NCBI GenBank assembly: GCA_002633005.1
Contig: NMRA01000128.1
Span: 669,482-733,481 of the forward strand
Length of the DNA stretch: 64,000 bases
Direction of reading: 5' to 3'
From: Phoronis australis
Lineage: Eukaryota > Animalia > Phoronida
Below the pieces are notes generated by a model. That model ran no database searches. It was not told the origin of the DNA and saw only the letters and a list, made by a program, of their open reading frames with translations. A program made the position numbers and the translations under genes. This document shows positions 11,770 through 24,696 of this stretch, piece by piece; position 1 is the stretch's first letter, and each line of letters opens with the position of its first letter.

Positions 11770-14194
11770 CTGAAAGAAAATGTCCATTTAAGTGATAAGT
11801 ATCAGACAAAAACGGAAACATAAATTTTCGAGACGATGTTCCGTCAACTCAATTCCAACTGGAGGTGATACCATTCCCTCCATTGTTCACCGGATTTTGT
11901 TGCACTACGTTGCCTTTATACGCGTGTAACGTGTTCAGGTCTAAAAAGTAATTATTTCTCATGAAACTTTATTGAAAGACCCCTCTCGGAGTTTACCCCA
12001 AACCGCAAAATCCACGTGCCCGGCCTAAGGGATGTGTGCGAAACTGGCAGGGGGAGGGGGTGAGTGGTGACGATAGGGAGGGATCTGAAATTCGTAGCCA
12101 ATTAGTAGGGCATAGTTTGGCAAAGTAGAATTACTTAATGCCCCAATAATACTTACCTTACTAAGGGCCTGGTAGTGATAACAGTAATTCTCACGCCAAT
12201 CACGTCATATAGCCTACAACCAGGGACAGGACTTTCCTCTAATTCATTTGTAAACTTACTTTTGGACAGCGAATGGGAGACGCCAAAATGAGGACAAACA
12301 ATCTAATGCGGAAAATACACACTGGAAGTGAGTTGTTGTTAATACCGAAATGTCTTGATGAAATATTGGCTTATCCTTGATACCTGAGGCATTGGCTGTT
12401 GGCGTCCAGGGGTATGTGACACAAACAACAGATTGAGCTAAACGCCCAAAATAGTGGTGCTACACAATAAAATTAAATAAAATAGAATTGACATCAAACC
12501 TGAAAGAGAGTTGAAAGCAATGGCTAAAACTTCTATATCACATTTTTTTGTTTTTGTGACCCGTGTACTCTGGTTATGTAGTCAACCAGTTTTATTACGG
12601 GGATTTCGCTTTTTCTATGTAAGAATACGGTATATCTTTTCCAGTTTTTCACACTTTTCAAACTAAATGTGTAACATTTTACCAGTGCGTTTATACTTAA
12701 GCATAAGACATACTTAAATTTAAGAAGATTTTGAACAGCTGGCGTTAAGAAATGTGGCGGTATGCAGCTGGGACCTACGCATTGTCATGTCATGTTTAGG
12801 AAAGCTTGCAATATCTGAGCGACAATCCAAATGTTATGAAAACAAAGTAGTTAGGATCCGTTGTTATTAACGGCGTACACTGGTCCGTGGTACGGTTTTA
12901 AAATTTCCTGAGGCTGATTGTTTTAATTGTGTTCTTTGCGGGGTTGCGACTGCAGGTGCGAACCCAAAACTAGTTTACACTGGAGTAAATTTCCCAAGGA
13001 CGTGATCAGAGGCAACACATATCAGGATAAATAGACTAAACTATATAAAATGAAGAATATAGTACAATGATTAAACGACGTAGAAAGCGGGGAGTTGTGG
13101 GACACAAGCCCTGTCATTCGTTCTTGAGAGTGCCGCAATCATAGATATCACATAATATTAATATGCCTATGGTCGCAATCGTCGTTGTGCAATGCACACG
13201 GGAATCCGGAAGTCGCAGATCACGTTTAGATTACATAGTAACCTAATGCGTGCATTTCACTTGTTCATACGCGAAAGTGTAATGCAGTCGTGAATGTGGA
13301 AGTCGCCGACAGAGCAAGCTCATTTGTCACAATAGTAGATTTCATAGCAAGGTGTTACTTTGAGAATGTGTGCATTGTATTCGTTCAAACAAGTGTAATG
13401 CAGTCTTCGCTGTACAATGCACGCGTGAATCCGTAAGTCGCTGATTGAACACGCTTGGAATGGCTAATTTCTGGGCAATCCAATGTTTTCTTCTGAGAAT
13501 CCATGCAATACACTCATTCACATGAGTGCTTCCTTTGAAGCACCAAAGGGTTCTTAAACGAGTACATTTCTACGCGTTGAAATGTGCTTTATCTACGGGT
13601 ACTTTTGCTTAATCTAAGTGCACTTTTGCCTACTTTACGCGTACTTTTACTGAATTTACACCAGCTTTGGCTTAATCTACACGTATTATTAATTAGGCGT
13701 ATTAATCTACGTGTACGTTTGACTAAAAATCTACGCGTGCTTTTGATGAAGTTACACGTCCTTTTGTGATTTTATTAGAAATAGACAATTCTTACTGTTG
13801 TCTGACTTTCGAACACTCGCTGAAATCAAGGCTGTTGATTAAATGCATTTGAATCATTTCTGTGAGTGGTGTTCAGATTAGCCAGGCCGGCAGAGTGTTT
13901 ATCTGCGCGCGACAGTGCAATGTTCGATTCCGCGCTGAGGCTGGTATCAGAAGCTTTTTCTCCACGAGATTGTATTTTTAATATAACATGTGAAAACTTA
14001 CAGGATTCTATAGGATTTCTACATTGTCATAGGATTCCTATAGGATATTTTCTCATCCCACTTTTAATCTCGTCTGTGCCTTAAATTAATCCGATCTCAA
14101 GTTACTGCAATTCGTATATCTATTTTAGTAACACGTAGTTGTGCAGTAGATGACCATGAACAGTATAATCATCCAGGTGAATAACTAATCATGA

Positions 14195-14260
14195 AAAATT
14201 ATAAATCTCAATCTTCTGGAACTTAGTTGACATTAAGTTCCAGAAGTTGTGATTTACATT
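14195..14260. repeat. Hairpin/palindrome (copy at ~19535-19600)
   Basis: aaatctcaatcttctggaactta ... taagttccagaagttgtgattt. Confidence 0.6.
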
Positions 14261-15391
14261 TTTTCGTATCTGCGTATTTATACAGTTTGTGGTTATCGTT
14301 TGAGTAGGACTTTTTTATTTCAAAATTTTAGTAATAGTTAGTTTGGGTTCGATATATTTCTAACTATTATCTTTAGCATTAGTTTTATATGATTATGTGT
14401 CTTATACTGTATTTTGTAAACAGTGTGTCTGCAATAAAGTTTGTCATTCATATCAAGAACCAATAATCTTTAATTTGTATCAAAATGACCGTGAAAAAGC
14501 TATCCAAATCTATATGATACTAGAAAATTGAAAACGCATCTCATCTCACCTCAGCGGGGATGTTCTCAATACCTACTCTGACAACACCCGTAGGCCTACA
14601 CACGTGTCCTCGATGACGAATGGGGTAGTTCGAGGCAATACTCACTCAATATAAACACAGTCATGTAAGTCAGTTATGCAATGCGTGCTTAGCCACGCTA
14701 ATATCTACGCCGAGTAGCCTAACTGCGCCATCTTTGACTGCGCACAGGACTCCGGCAGCGATCCCGTCCTCGTTGACGGAGAGGGAGGTCAGATTCCATC
14801 TCATTTTCAAAGAAAGTAATACAACCGGCCCTTTTAGGACAAGTGTTACGTTGTAAATACACTTTAGTGACCAACATTTTGCAAAAATCCTTTCATAAGC
14901 ACTGCTCAGACAAATTTAAATCTTTCAATCTCTAAATCCTGCATGTTTTCGATTTGCTGGCAGTAATTGTATCACTTCTTGTACCAGTCACTCTTAATAT
15001 CTAAGGAAATTTTATTGGTTTTAAGTTGAATAACGTCTTTCATCCCTTTCNTCATGTATAGACATTGCTACTTTTATCTAAATAAACCCAGACTCGTGAG
15101 AAACAGCATTTTAGATATTTCATAACCTGAGAATCTTTTGTTTCTCAATGCCAAGATTCCTGAATACAAGTCTGAGTTCATTTCTTCGCAACCTTTTGAA
15201 CAGGGTGGAGTATCGGTGGGTATGGTTTGTTTTTATGTCCATTTTATCTACCCAAATGAGTTAATTAAAATACCCGTTTCCAACGGTATTACTGGCACAC
15301 CTAAACATGACTGACCCTTCAGATATTTGAAATTGGATATAGATGATAAACATTAAACAGTTATAGGTCTCCCTTGATTGTAAGCCCAACT

Positions 15392-18300
15392 TCAGCTTGA
15401 GGATTTGTGGTTGAAAAGAAAGTTATGGGTGTTTTCCAATTGACGATAGTACAGCTGGTGGAGTAAAAATGTGACTACGGCAAAAACAGACATGAGCACA
15501 GAAATCTTTAACCAAGACACTTGAGAGAAGGGTCGTCCTTCTGCCTTCTTCGGCGATTGGTCTTTCTTTTTGTCGCTAGATGTCGTAGGGAATCCAGTCG
15601 CAACACTTGTGAAGGACTTGGACGACCTCGTTACACTGCAATAGAAACTCACATTATTAGCTCTACACTCTAATGAAGGGCACTTGAAAATTTGCTCATG
15701 ACATTTTTGTCCATATCTATTATTGTAAAAGGTAAATCATCTTACCGTTTAGTAACGCTGGTTTCTTTTTTCTGATCGACTTTTTCTGGGCTTGTCATCT
15801 TCACAGATTGTTCAAGAATATCTCTTGACGTCTGCTTTGTTAATTTGACGGCACTGTCCTTTTCCCGCTTTTCATCCGGGATATTCTCTGGTAATACAGA
15901 AATGAACGTAAGCACACTTGTATGAAAGTCGGAGGCTTATGAGCTTGCACAAGACATTGTTATGAGCTTGCATGAGCGGCATTTTATTGTTTTCTCTGAT
16001 AATGGCTCAGACGTCTACAGAATATACAGGCGATGAAAATGAAATCTGTCATACACAACAGTATAACTGCTCTTCTCATAACACAATTTGGAGTGGACAG
16101 TGGCTACACTCATATGACTGATGAAAGACAATAATTCCGGGTTCTATTCGTTATTTGGAAATGAAGGCTGTTGTCCTGGACCCCCAAACTAAAACAGTTA
16201 TTTATGAATTATGAAACAGGTCACTTTACTTGTTTTGTTTCATAGTTATCCTTTGTATTATAGCTAGATAAAAATTTCTAATATGTGTTCGCCTCTTCAT
16301 ACCTTCATCACTGAACTCGTCTTCTGCAACTCCATCACTTGTCTGCAAGGCGTAATTGACAGGTTCGAGATTTTGTTGATCGGAAACATTGTCGACTGGG
16401 TCATGTAACTTGTGCTCACCATATCTTCTAGTTTTACCTGAAATGAACGATTTGTTTTAATTAACTTAATTACTTCTGGGAAGTTTTAGCTTTTTGCTTT
16501 CTTGAAAAATCACACAACGTCAATTCTCCAAGGCTGACTAATTACTGACTACCTTTTATGAACTAGAGCAGGAATAATGAAGAAAGTTTGAAAACGTTTT
16601 ACAATATTTGGAGAAACTAATACAACAGATGCTATTCATTCTATTGCCTATGTTCGACATTGTATATATGAAGCAACTATTCCAAGCTAAATAGCAGCCA
16701 TATTGGATATCAACATGGTGTTAAATTCTGAAAATTAGCAAAAGCTCAGGAATTCATCTTTGGAAATTTCTGGATCGCAAGCCGTCGGCATATTATTAGT
16801 TCTTTACAAAATATTACTACCAAGTTTCCATCATTTATAGACTAGATTTTGACAATGTTTATTGTGTCTAATCCTAAAAGTTTGTCTGCTACTGTTTCAT
16901 CAACGCTTATTTCTCAAACTTATCGCTTAACTCACCGTCATTCGCTGCTTCGACTGTAATGTCTTCCAGGCCTTCGGTATGCTTCGCCTCGTCATTCACG
17001 ACCGACGTTATTTCCGAGTTTCCGTTAACAACCGTAGTTTTCGCTATGGCGTTACGGTTTACGTCAACTTTACTTCGTCGGCTTGATTTTTTCTGAAACA
17101 AAATGTCCATTTAAGTGATAGGTATCAGACAAAAACGAAAACATAAATTTTCGAGACGATGTTCCGTCAACTCAATTCCAACTGGAGGTGATGTCATTCC
17201 CTCCATTATTCACCGGATTTTGTTGCACTACGTTGCCTTTATACGCGTGTAACGTGTTCAGGTCTAAAAAGTAATTATTTCTCATGAAACTTTATTGAAA
17301 GACCCCCTCTCGGAGTTTACCCCAAACAGCAAAATCCACGGGCCCGGCCTAAGGGATGTGTGCGAAGCTGGCAGGGGGGAGGGGGTGAGTGGTGACAATA
17401 GGGAGGAATCTGAAATTCGTAGCCAATTAGTAGGGCATGGTTTGGCAAAGTAGAATTACTTAATGCCCCAATAATACTTACCTTACTAAGGGCCTGGTAG
17501 TGATAACAATAATTCTCACGCCAATCACGTCATATACAACCGGGGACAGGGCTTTCTTCTAATTCATTTGTATACTTACTTTTGGACAGCGAATGGGAGA
17601 CGTCAAAATGAGGACAAACAACCTAATGCGGAAATACACACTGGAAGTGAGTTGTTGTTAATACCGAAATGTCTTGATGAAATATTGGCTTATCCTCGAT
17701 ACCCGAGGCATTGGCTGTTGGCGTTCAGGGGTATGTGACACAAACAACAGATTGAGCTAAACGCCCAAAATGGTAGTGGTGCTACACAATAAAAATTAAA
17801 TAACATAGAAATGACATCAAACCTGACAGAGAGTTGAAAGAAATGACTAAAACTTGTACATCACAATTTTTTTTTTGTTTTTGTTACCCGTGTACTCTGC
17901 TTATGTAGTCAACCAGTTTTATTACGGGGATTTCGCATTTTTATGTAAGAATACGGTATATCTTTTCCACACTTTTCAAACTAAATGTGTAACATTTTAC
18001 CAGTGCGTTTATACTTAAGCATAAGACATATTTAAATTTAAGAAGATTTTGAACAGCTGGCATTAAGAAATGTGGCGGTATGCAGCTAGGACCTACGCAT
18101 TGTCATGTCATGTTTAGGAAAGCTTGCAATATCTGAGCGACAATCCAAACGTTATGAAAACAAAGTAGCTAGGATCCGCTGTTATTAACGGCGTACACTG
18201 GTCCGTGGTACGGTTTTAAAATTCCCTGAGGCTCATTGTTTCAATTGTGTTCTGGGTGAGGTTGCGACTGCAGGTGCGAACCCAAAACTAGTTTACACTG

Positions 18301-20988
18301 GAGTAAATTTCCCAAGGACGTGATCAGAGGCAACACATATCAGGATAAATAGATTAAAATGTATAAAATGAAGAATATAGTACAATGATTAAACGATGTA
18401 GAAAGCGGGGGGTTGTGTGACACAAGCCCTGTCATTCGTTCTTGAGAGTGTCGCAATCATAGATATCACATAATATCAATATGCCTATGGTCGCAATCGT
18501 CGTTGTGCAATGCATACGGGAATCCGGAAGTCGCAGATCACGTTCAGATTACATAGTAACCTAATGCGTGCATTTCACTTGTTCATACGCGAAAGTGTAA
18601 TGCAATCGTCGCTGTCCAAAGCACGCGTGAATGTGGAAGTCACCGACAGAGCAAGCTCATTTGTCAAAATAGTAGATTTCATAGCAAGGTGTTACTTTGA
18701 GAATGTGTGCATTGTATTCGTTCAAACAAGTGTAATGCAGTCTTCGCTGTACAATGCACGCGTGAATCCGTAAGTCGCTGATTGAACACGCTTGGAATGG
18801 CTAATTTCTGGGCAATCCGATGTGTTATTCTGAGAATGCATGCATTACACTCGTTCACATGAGTGCTTCCTTTGAAGCACCAACGGGTTCTTAAACGAGT
18901 ACATTTCTACGCGTTGAAATGAGCTTTATCTACGGGAACTTTGCTTAATCTAAGTGCACTTTTGCCTACTTTACGTGTACTTTTACTGAATTTACACCTG
19001 CTTTGGCTTAATCTACACGTATTATTAATTAGGCGTAATTTTGTTTAATCTATGTGTACGTTTGACTAATCTACGCGTGCTTTTGATGAAGTTACACGTC
19101 CTTTTGTGATTTTATTAGAAATAGACAATTCTTACTATTGTTTGACTTTCGAACACTCGCTGAAATCAAGGCTGTTGATTAAATGCATTTGAATCATTTC
19201 TGTGAGTGGTGTTCAGATTAGCCAGGCCGGCAGAGTGTTTGTCTGCGACGCGACAGTGCAATGTTCGATTCCGCGCTCAGGCTGGTATCAGAAGCTTTTT
19301 CTCCCCGAGATTGTATTTTTAATATAACATATGAAAACTTACAGGATTCTATAGGATTTCTACATTGTCATAGGAATCCTATAGGATATTTTCTCATTCC
19401 ACTTTTAATCTCGTATGTGCTTTAAATTAATCCGATCTCAAGTTACTGCAATTCGTATATCTATTTTAGTAACACGTAGTTGTGCAGTAGATGACCATGA
19501 ACAGTATAATCATCCAGGTGAATAACTAATCATGAAAAATTATAAATCTCAATCTTCTGGAACTTAGTTGACATTAAGTTCCAGAAGTTGTGATTTACAT
19601 TTTTTCGTATCTGCGTATTTATACAGTTTGTGGTTATCGTTTGAGTAGGACTTTTTTATTTCAAAATTTTAGTAATAGTTAGTTTGGGTTCGATATATTT
19701 CTAACTATTATCTTTAGCATTAGTTTTATATGATTATGTGTCTTATACTGTATTTTGTAAACAGTGTGTCTGCAATAAAGTTTGTCATTCATATCAAGAA
19801 CCAATAATCTTTAATTTGTATCAAAATGACCGTGAAAAAGCTATCCAAATCTATATGATACTAGAAAATTGAAAACGCATCTCATCTCACCTCAGCGGGG
19901 ATGTTCTCAATACCTACTCTGACAACACCCGTAGGCCTACACACGTGTCCTCGATGACGAATGGGGTAGTTCGAGGCAATACTCACTCAATATAAACACA
20001 GTCATGTAAGTCAGTTATGCAATGCGTGCTTAGCCACGCTAATATCTACGCCGAGTAGCCTAACTGCGCCATCTTTGACTGCGCACAGGACTCCGGCAGC
20101 GATCCCGTCCTCGTTGACGGAGAGGGAGGTCAGATTCCATCTCATTTTCAAAGAAAGTAATACAACCGGCCCTTTTAGGACAAGTGTTACGTTGTAAATA
20201 CACTTTAGTGACCAACATTTTGCAAAAATCCTTTCATAAGCACTGCTCAGACAAATTTAAATCTTTCAATCTCTAAATCCTGCATGTTTTCGATTTGCTG
20301 GCAGTAATTGTATCACTTCTTGAACCAGTCACTCTTAATATCTAAGGAAATTTTATTGGTTTTAAGTTGGATAACGTCTTTCATCTCTTTCCATCACTTG
20401 AGATTTTTCCACCGCTTGGGAATTTACGTTGTCTAAAGAACCAGGTATTCGGTTCTTTCTTCAAACAAATATTACTTTATGGAAAGAAGTTCAGCTTGCT
20501 TGGGCTGAGCGAATTGAAACTGATCCAGACAGATGCCATTCTTCATGGCGCTATATTTTTGCACTATCAGTAGACTGAATGTCAGGGAGATAAGAGATGA
20601 AAAGGCAAAACATGGAGGCCTATACGTTGTCACGCACTTCTTATTCTGCGCACACCGTGCCGGACAGTACCGAATAAACATCCCAGTGCCAGACAGTGTG
20701 CGTTGGAATACGCGTGAACATAACTAATACTGAAAATCTCAAGCTCCAATAGTCATGTGATGTACAAACCTTACGTGGGGAAATCAACGATACATCCACT
20801 TCATCGTCAGAAGAGAAGTTGAAATCGGGCGGCAGACTCGTTGGAGAAACAGACACGTGCTTTGTGAACAAATCAACATAAACTTCCTTTTTCGAATCAC
20901 TCGACGGCAGATCTATATTGTTTTCAACAAGAAGTTCTTTTAAACGAATTTTCGTCAAACTTGTTGGGTCTGTTGCTTTGTCAGACAT
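15392..20988 (-). CDS. TMPO-like: LAP2/thymopoietin-like LEM-family inner nuclear membrane protein, ~298 aa (exon 1 plus cassette C); exons 20770-20988, 16936-17092, 16303-16437, 15746-15887, 15392-15635
   Basis: Exon 1 encodes MSDKATDPTSLTKIRLKELLVENNIDLPSSDSKKEVYVDLFTKHV...PPDFNFSSDDE, matching the LAP2 N-terminal LEM-like domain ([22 protein letters not shown]...KDVYVQLY...PPDFSSDEE). All four introns are GT-AG with matching phases (0,1,1,2). The 897-nt frame is open and ends in a hydrophobic TM segment WLKISVLMSVFAVVTFLL plus a short tail. Confidence 0.8.
20770..20988 (-). CDS. TMPO-like: LAP2-like gene exon 1 (LEM-like domain, 73 aa)
   Basis: ATG at 20988; ends AAG|GTTTGT donor; LEM-like domain signature. 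Confidence 0.88.
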
Positions 20989-21762
20989 GTTTTCGTCATA
21001 CAGCTGTTCGCGCACCTTTACGTTCAAGCACAGCTGGCGAGAGGACGTCTTTTGACCCAGTTTATTTTAGAAGCAAGTGCTCTCCGTAATGATGCGAGAG
21101 TGGCAGCATGTCGCACCCTGGCGGCCTCGGGCGATCTTGGCCTGGGTTTGATGAAACAAACGGTCGCCACTTAATGCAAACCATGCAGTGCCCAATACGC
21201 AGTTCATATACTGCCTAAATCGCAAGCGTTTTCGCTAGCAGCAAAAACGCCTGAAATGTGAACGGTTACACAGATCACTTTTGCTCCGGCGCTTTGCTGG
21301 AGATTTAAGTTACCCCAAACGAAGATGACTATTGACGTTTTTGCGAAACGGCCGCGCAAACCAGACAGCTGAAAGACACACATGTGCAGATCACAGTGGC
21401 CTTAGTTTTACTCCTTCATCCACACTCACTGAACTTTTGGCATCACGATATGGAGATTTAAAAATGTCAGAAGATTACAATTCCCTCCGAAACGAGCCTT
21501 ACTAATTTGCACCAACTCACACGATTTTGCCCATACAAATCCAATATGCAAATTATTAAAAATACTTCTAGTTGAACACACTCTAAATCAGTATATCCTG
21601 CATGAAAATATATTACAAGTTTTAAACAAACAACTACCTCAATACTTTGCTATCACAACCGAAACAGCAGACCAATTAGAAGCTATAGTTGGGTAAATCT
21701 CTTAGGAAAATTTATTCTTATTTAAAGTGAAAGTTTACTGGCCCGGCCGCAAATCTACTAGG

Positions 21763-21908
21763 CATGAGCGGCGCACCATAGGGGGCTGGGGGGCTATAAC
21801 CCCAAACTTTTTTGAGTGGTACGCCGCACATGGTCTTATAATTGATGCACCACAGGGGGCTGCCGGGGGCTTTAGCCCCCCCACTTTTTCAGTGCTGCGC
21901 CGCTCATG
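21763..21908. mobile_element. GC-rich MITE, CA...TG ends, 5-bp TSD CTAGG
   Basis: TIR catgagcggcgca / tgcgccgctcatg; internal G- and C-runs; CTAGG on both sides. Confidence 0.75.
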
Positions 21909-22763
21909 CTAGGCCCGGGCCACCGTGTATTTCAAATGTTGGTGAATAGATACTTTGATTGTTGTAAGTAGTGTTGTGAAGTGGTTCACTAGTGAGTAAA
22001 AATTAGCTACGGCAATCGATTTGATTACAGGCATTTTGGGAAAAGAAACTTTAATTTGATCGCATGTTGTAGGTATTGGCCTCATTAAACAATTAAAGTT
22101 AAGCTGATCATCACGCAATAAAAGTATGTTGACTTTTCTGTTCAGTTTTTATCGAAGACGAGAAACAGGCTAAAAACAGACACAAAATACTGTTTAACTA
22201 CATACTGCTTTGTACTATTTTAGCGGAAGCTTTTAATTTTCCATGACGAAGGATAGCTTCATCGATTGAAGAAACAATTTTGTGACGGCTTTTCAAGAGC
22301 TAGGGTACATTCCTCCTACGCAGATTTATTTCCGTTATTGTGGTTGTAAAAAGTTGCAAACTTTTCATAAACTATAGCTAAAGATATAACTTTCGGTAAA
22401 GATAAAAATAAACCAACATACACTGACCTTGCCCGTTAAAATCGTTTAGTCAGAAACAGTCAAATGAAGGTCATTGTCTTACACCCAGCACTTTCCACAG
22501 TCGCCAACATTCGAACAACTTGGAATACCATGCAGTAGGCAACAATTAGCCCCTCGGCTGCGGCATACACGGCGACATAATTGCAGGTGTCAGTGAAATA
22601 ATCCCCACTCCAACTCTTCGGAAGACCTCCACTCCATCAGCCTACGGGAAAATGTGCACTCGCAAACGGAAAAATGCCTACACAAGCTAGTGAAATTATG
22701 AAGTTCACCGAGCTAACTTCAGAAGCCATGTTAACAACTGAGGTGCTCTTTCGAGCCAACTTA

Positions 22764-23236
22764 TCTATATATAATCCGAGAGCTGCTGCTGCTGATTGCT
22801 GCTGCTGCTAGTGCTGCTGCTGCTTGAAAAAGTGAAAAGGACGGGCATGTAAGAGCTTGGCCCAATCAGTTGTCGATTATGCTCTATCAATAATCACCAT
22901 AAGCCAGAACCAAGTCAACAGTTATTAGAAATCATACCGAGGTCTTGATGTCATCACAGGGTGCATCAAGTCTACCCCCGTCGCATCCCTACAATTCCAG
23001 AGTTGTGAACACACAGATCCACCAACAGGTGGATACGGGGAAAGGCAATCCAAACCCCTTGTGCAGCCTCTGTGTGGTCAGGTGTTAGTCATTTCACAGA
23101 CCTCACGATCCTGGCAACCATTCCTCAAATAAATAATTTTCGACCATTAATTTCTACTCGTAGAATGCCTATTTGTTTTGTCACTGGAGAGGAATTTCGC
23201 TGGTTTTTATCATTTTCAGACGGGAATGTGGTCTAA
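22764..23236 (+). mobile_element. Possible non-autonomous Helitron with internal (GCT)n microsatellite
   Basis: Starts A|TCTATATATAAT and ends CGGGaatgtggtCTAA|T (CTRR, A-T target). No clear 3' hairpin. Confidence 0.4.
22782..22824. repeat. (GCT)n microsatellite
   Basis: gctgctgctgctgattgctgctgctgctagtgctgctgctgc. Confidence 0.9.
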
Positions 23237-23436
23237 TATTCAGCCCCAGGTGACCTCGCCGGTTTTTAAAACTCGTCATATTTCGGGACCGTGAAAAAAG
23301 GCGACGACTTATCCGTTATTTTGACGAATTAAATGCAATGCATATGTACTGACATATAGCAATGATGGCCAGGTACATCAATTTTCTCATCAAGGATTTC
23401 GGTAAAGCTCGGTAGCAATCCTTCAATTACACAAAT

Positions 23437-24696
23437 TTCGTTGAAGACTCGACTGTACTTTTTTGTTTGACAGCTTAATAGAGGACCCCCTCGACCCACG
23501 GCCCACAACCCCCTCCACCCTGTCGATAACTTGCAGGACCAACGAGCTTGTCCGTGAGCTCGTCTGGCTTTTCCGTTTTTTTTTTGTAATTAAGAGAGTT
23601 GATTCGGCAACTTTGAAAGCCAAAAACGCGACCAAATCAAATCAAAGACCTACCAATGTTACAAATCGTTTCGTTCCCGGCAGAGTGTAATCGTCTCGTC
23701 TGCTCTTCAGTGAATGGTAGATTCAAGATATTTCTGGGAGATTGCGAGATTCAGAAGGCTACGAATATGTAATTTCTACAGTAAATAGTTTGAAGAAAAT
23801 GATCTGTTGACTAAAAAGCACCTCGAAGTCACATTAATTGTATTGTAAACGAGTACACGACAGAAATCAAATAATAAAACTGTGAAGTTATGTGTATTTA
23901 CGTTAACATAATCTTTCCCTAAGTTTAGTAGAATCATGGTAGGACAGCCGGGACATAGGTAGCCGCGCTCGTTGAACTATTTGCGTGACAACGATAGCAC
24001 GCTCTGATCATGTTCTTACGCCACTTTCTGTTTTTAACCACCAGCTTTGAGCCATAGCTTAGTCTGGAGTGTCTCTCAGCGACGTAATGTGTAAAAAGTG
24101 CACTAGATACCCCATTTGCCGTAAGTCGTAGGGTTTGTGAGTCGAGGGGGTCGTGGGGTGTGAGGGTTGAGAGCTTTTTGAACAATCTCAGACTAGCTCG
24201 TATAGTGTCTAAATAATCTCCTTTCTTCAGGCGTGCACCTATGTAGCACTGAAAATACCGTGAGACATAACAGACAAACCTAGGAATTATTGCATGGTTC
24301 CTAGGACAAACACATTAAAGCAGCACATATATTGCGAGACCACATGTCTCACCATCAGCCAATGAATGAAATGAACATATACGAAGCGAAATAAACAGTC
24401 AAATACACGGTGGCAGAAGAGGGGGCACACAAGCTGAGACTCTGAATGTATGACGGTAGGAACCCCGGAAGCCTAACGAAGCCAGTGTGCGGCACTCATA
24501 CCTGTGACTGGCTGCTCATTCAGCACAGGTTTTTGTGACTGATCAATAGGGATTCCAAAATCTTTAACCGAAATGTGTCATTTTCGACATAGCGAATAAT
24601 GACATTGTCTACTATTTCCTGGAGATTGTTTAGACACTATACGAGCAAGCCTGTATTAAGGTGTCAAACAAAAAGTACAGTCGTGTCTTCAACGAA
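23437..24696. mobile_element. Foldback element with ~45-bp outer inverted repeats and a nested TIR element (~24192-24651)
   Basis: Outer: ttcgttgaagactcgactgtacttttttgtttgacagcttaata is the inverse of tattaaggtgtcaaacaaaaagtacagtcgtgtcttcaacgaa. Inner: gctcgtatagtgtctaaataatctcc is the inverse of ggagattgtttagacactatacgagc. Confidence 0.7.

Larger units (their letters stand above)
1..20390. repeat. Tandem segmental triplication, ~5-6 kb units: A <1-5518, B ~9040-15050, C 15052-20390
   Basis: Colinear identity of exons, introns and embedded repeats across the three blocks, seen by direct comparison. A is more diverged; B and C are closer; 14085-15040 and 19425-20380 are almost identical. Confidence 0.92.

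Noticed and set aside
16907-16935. Premature stop in cassette C exon 2 ORF as inactivation
   Set aside because: The stop lies downstream of the GTGAGT donor at 16935, so it is intronic in the preferred model.
20040-20090. AAGATGGCG on minus as an alternative LAP2-like first coding exon (also ~14700-14750)
   Set aside because: Stop after 8 codons and no in-frame donor; at most a YY1-type motif.
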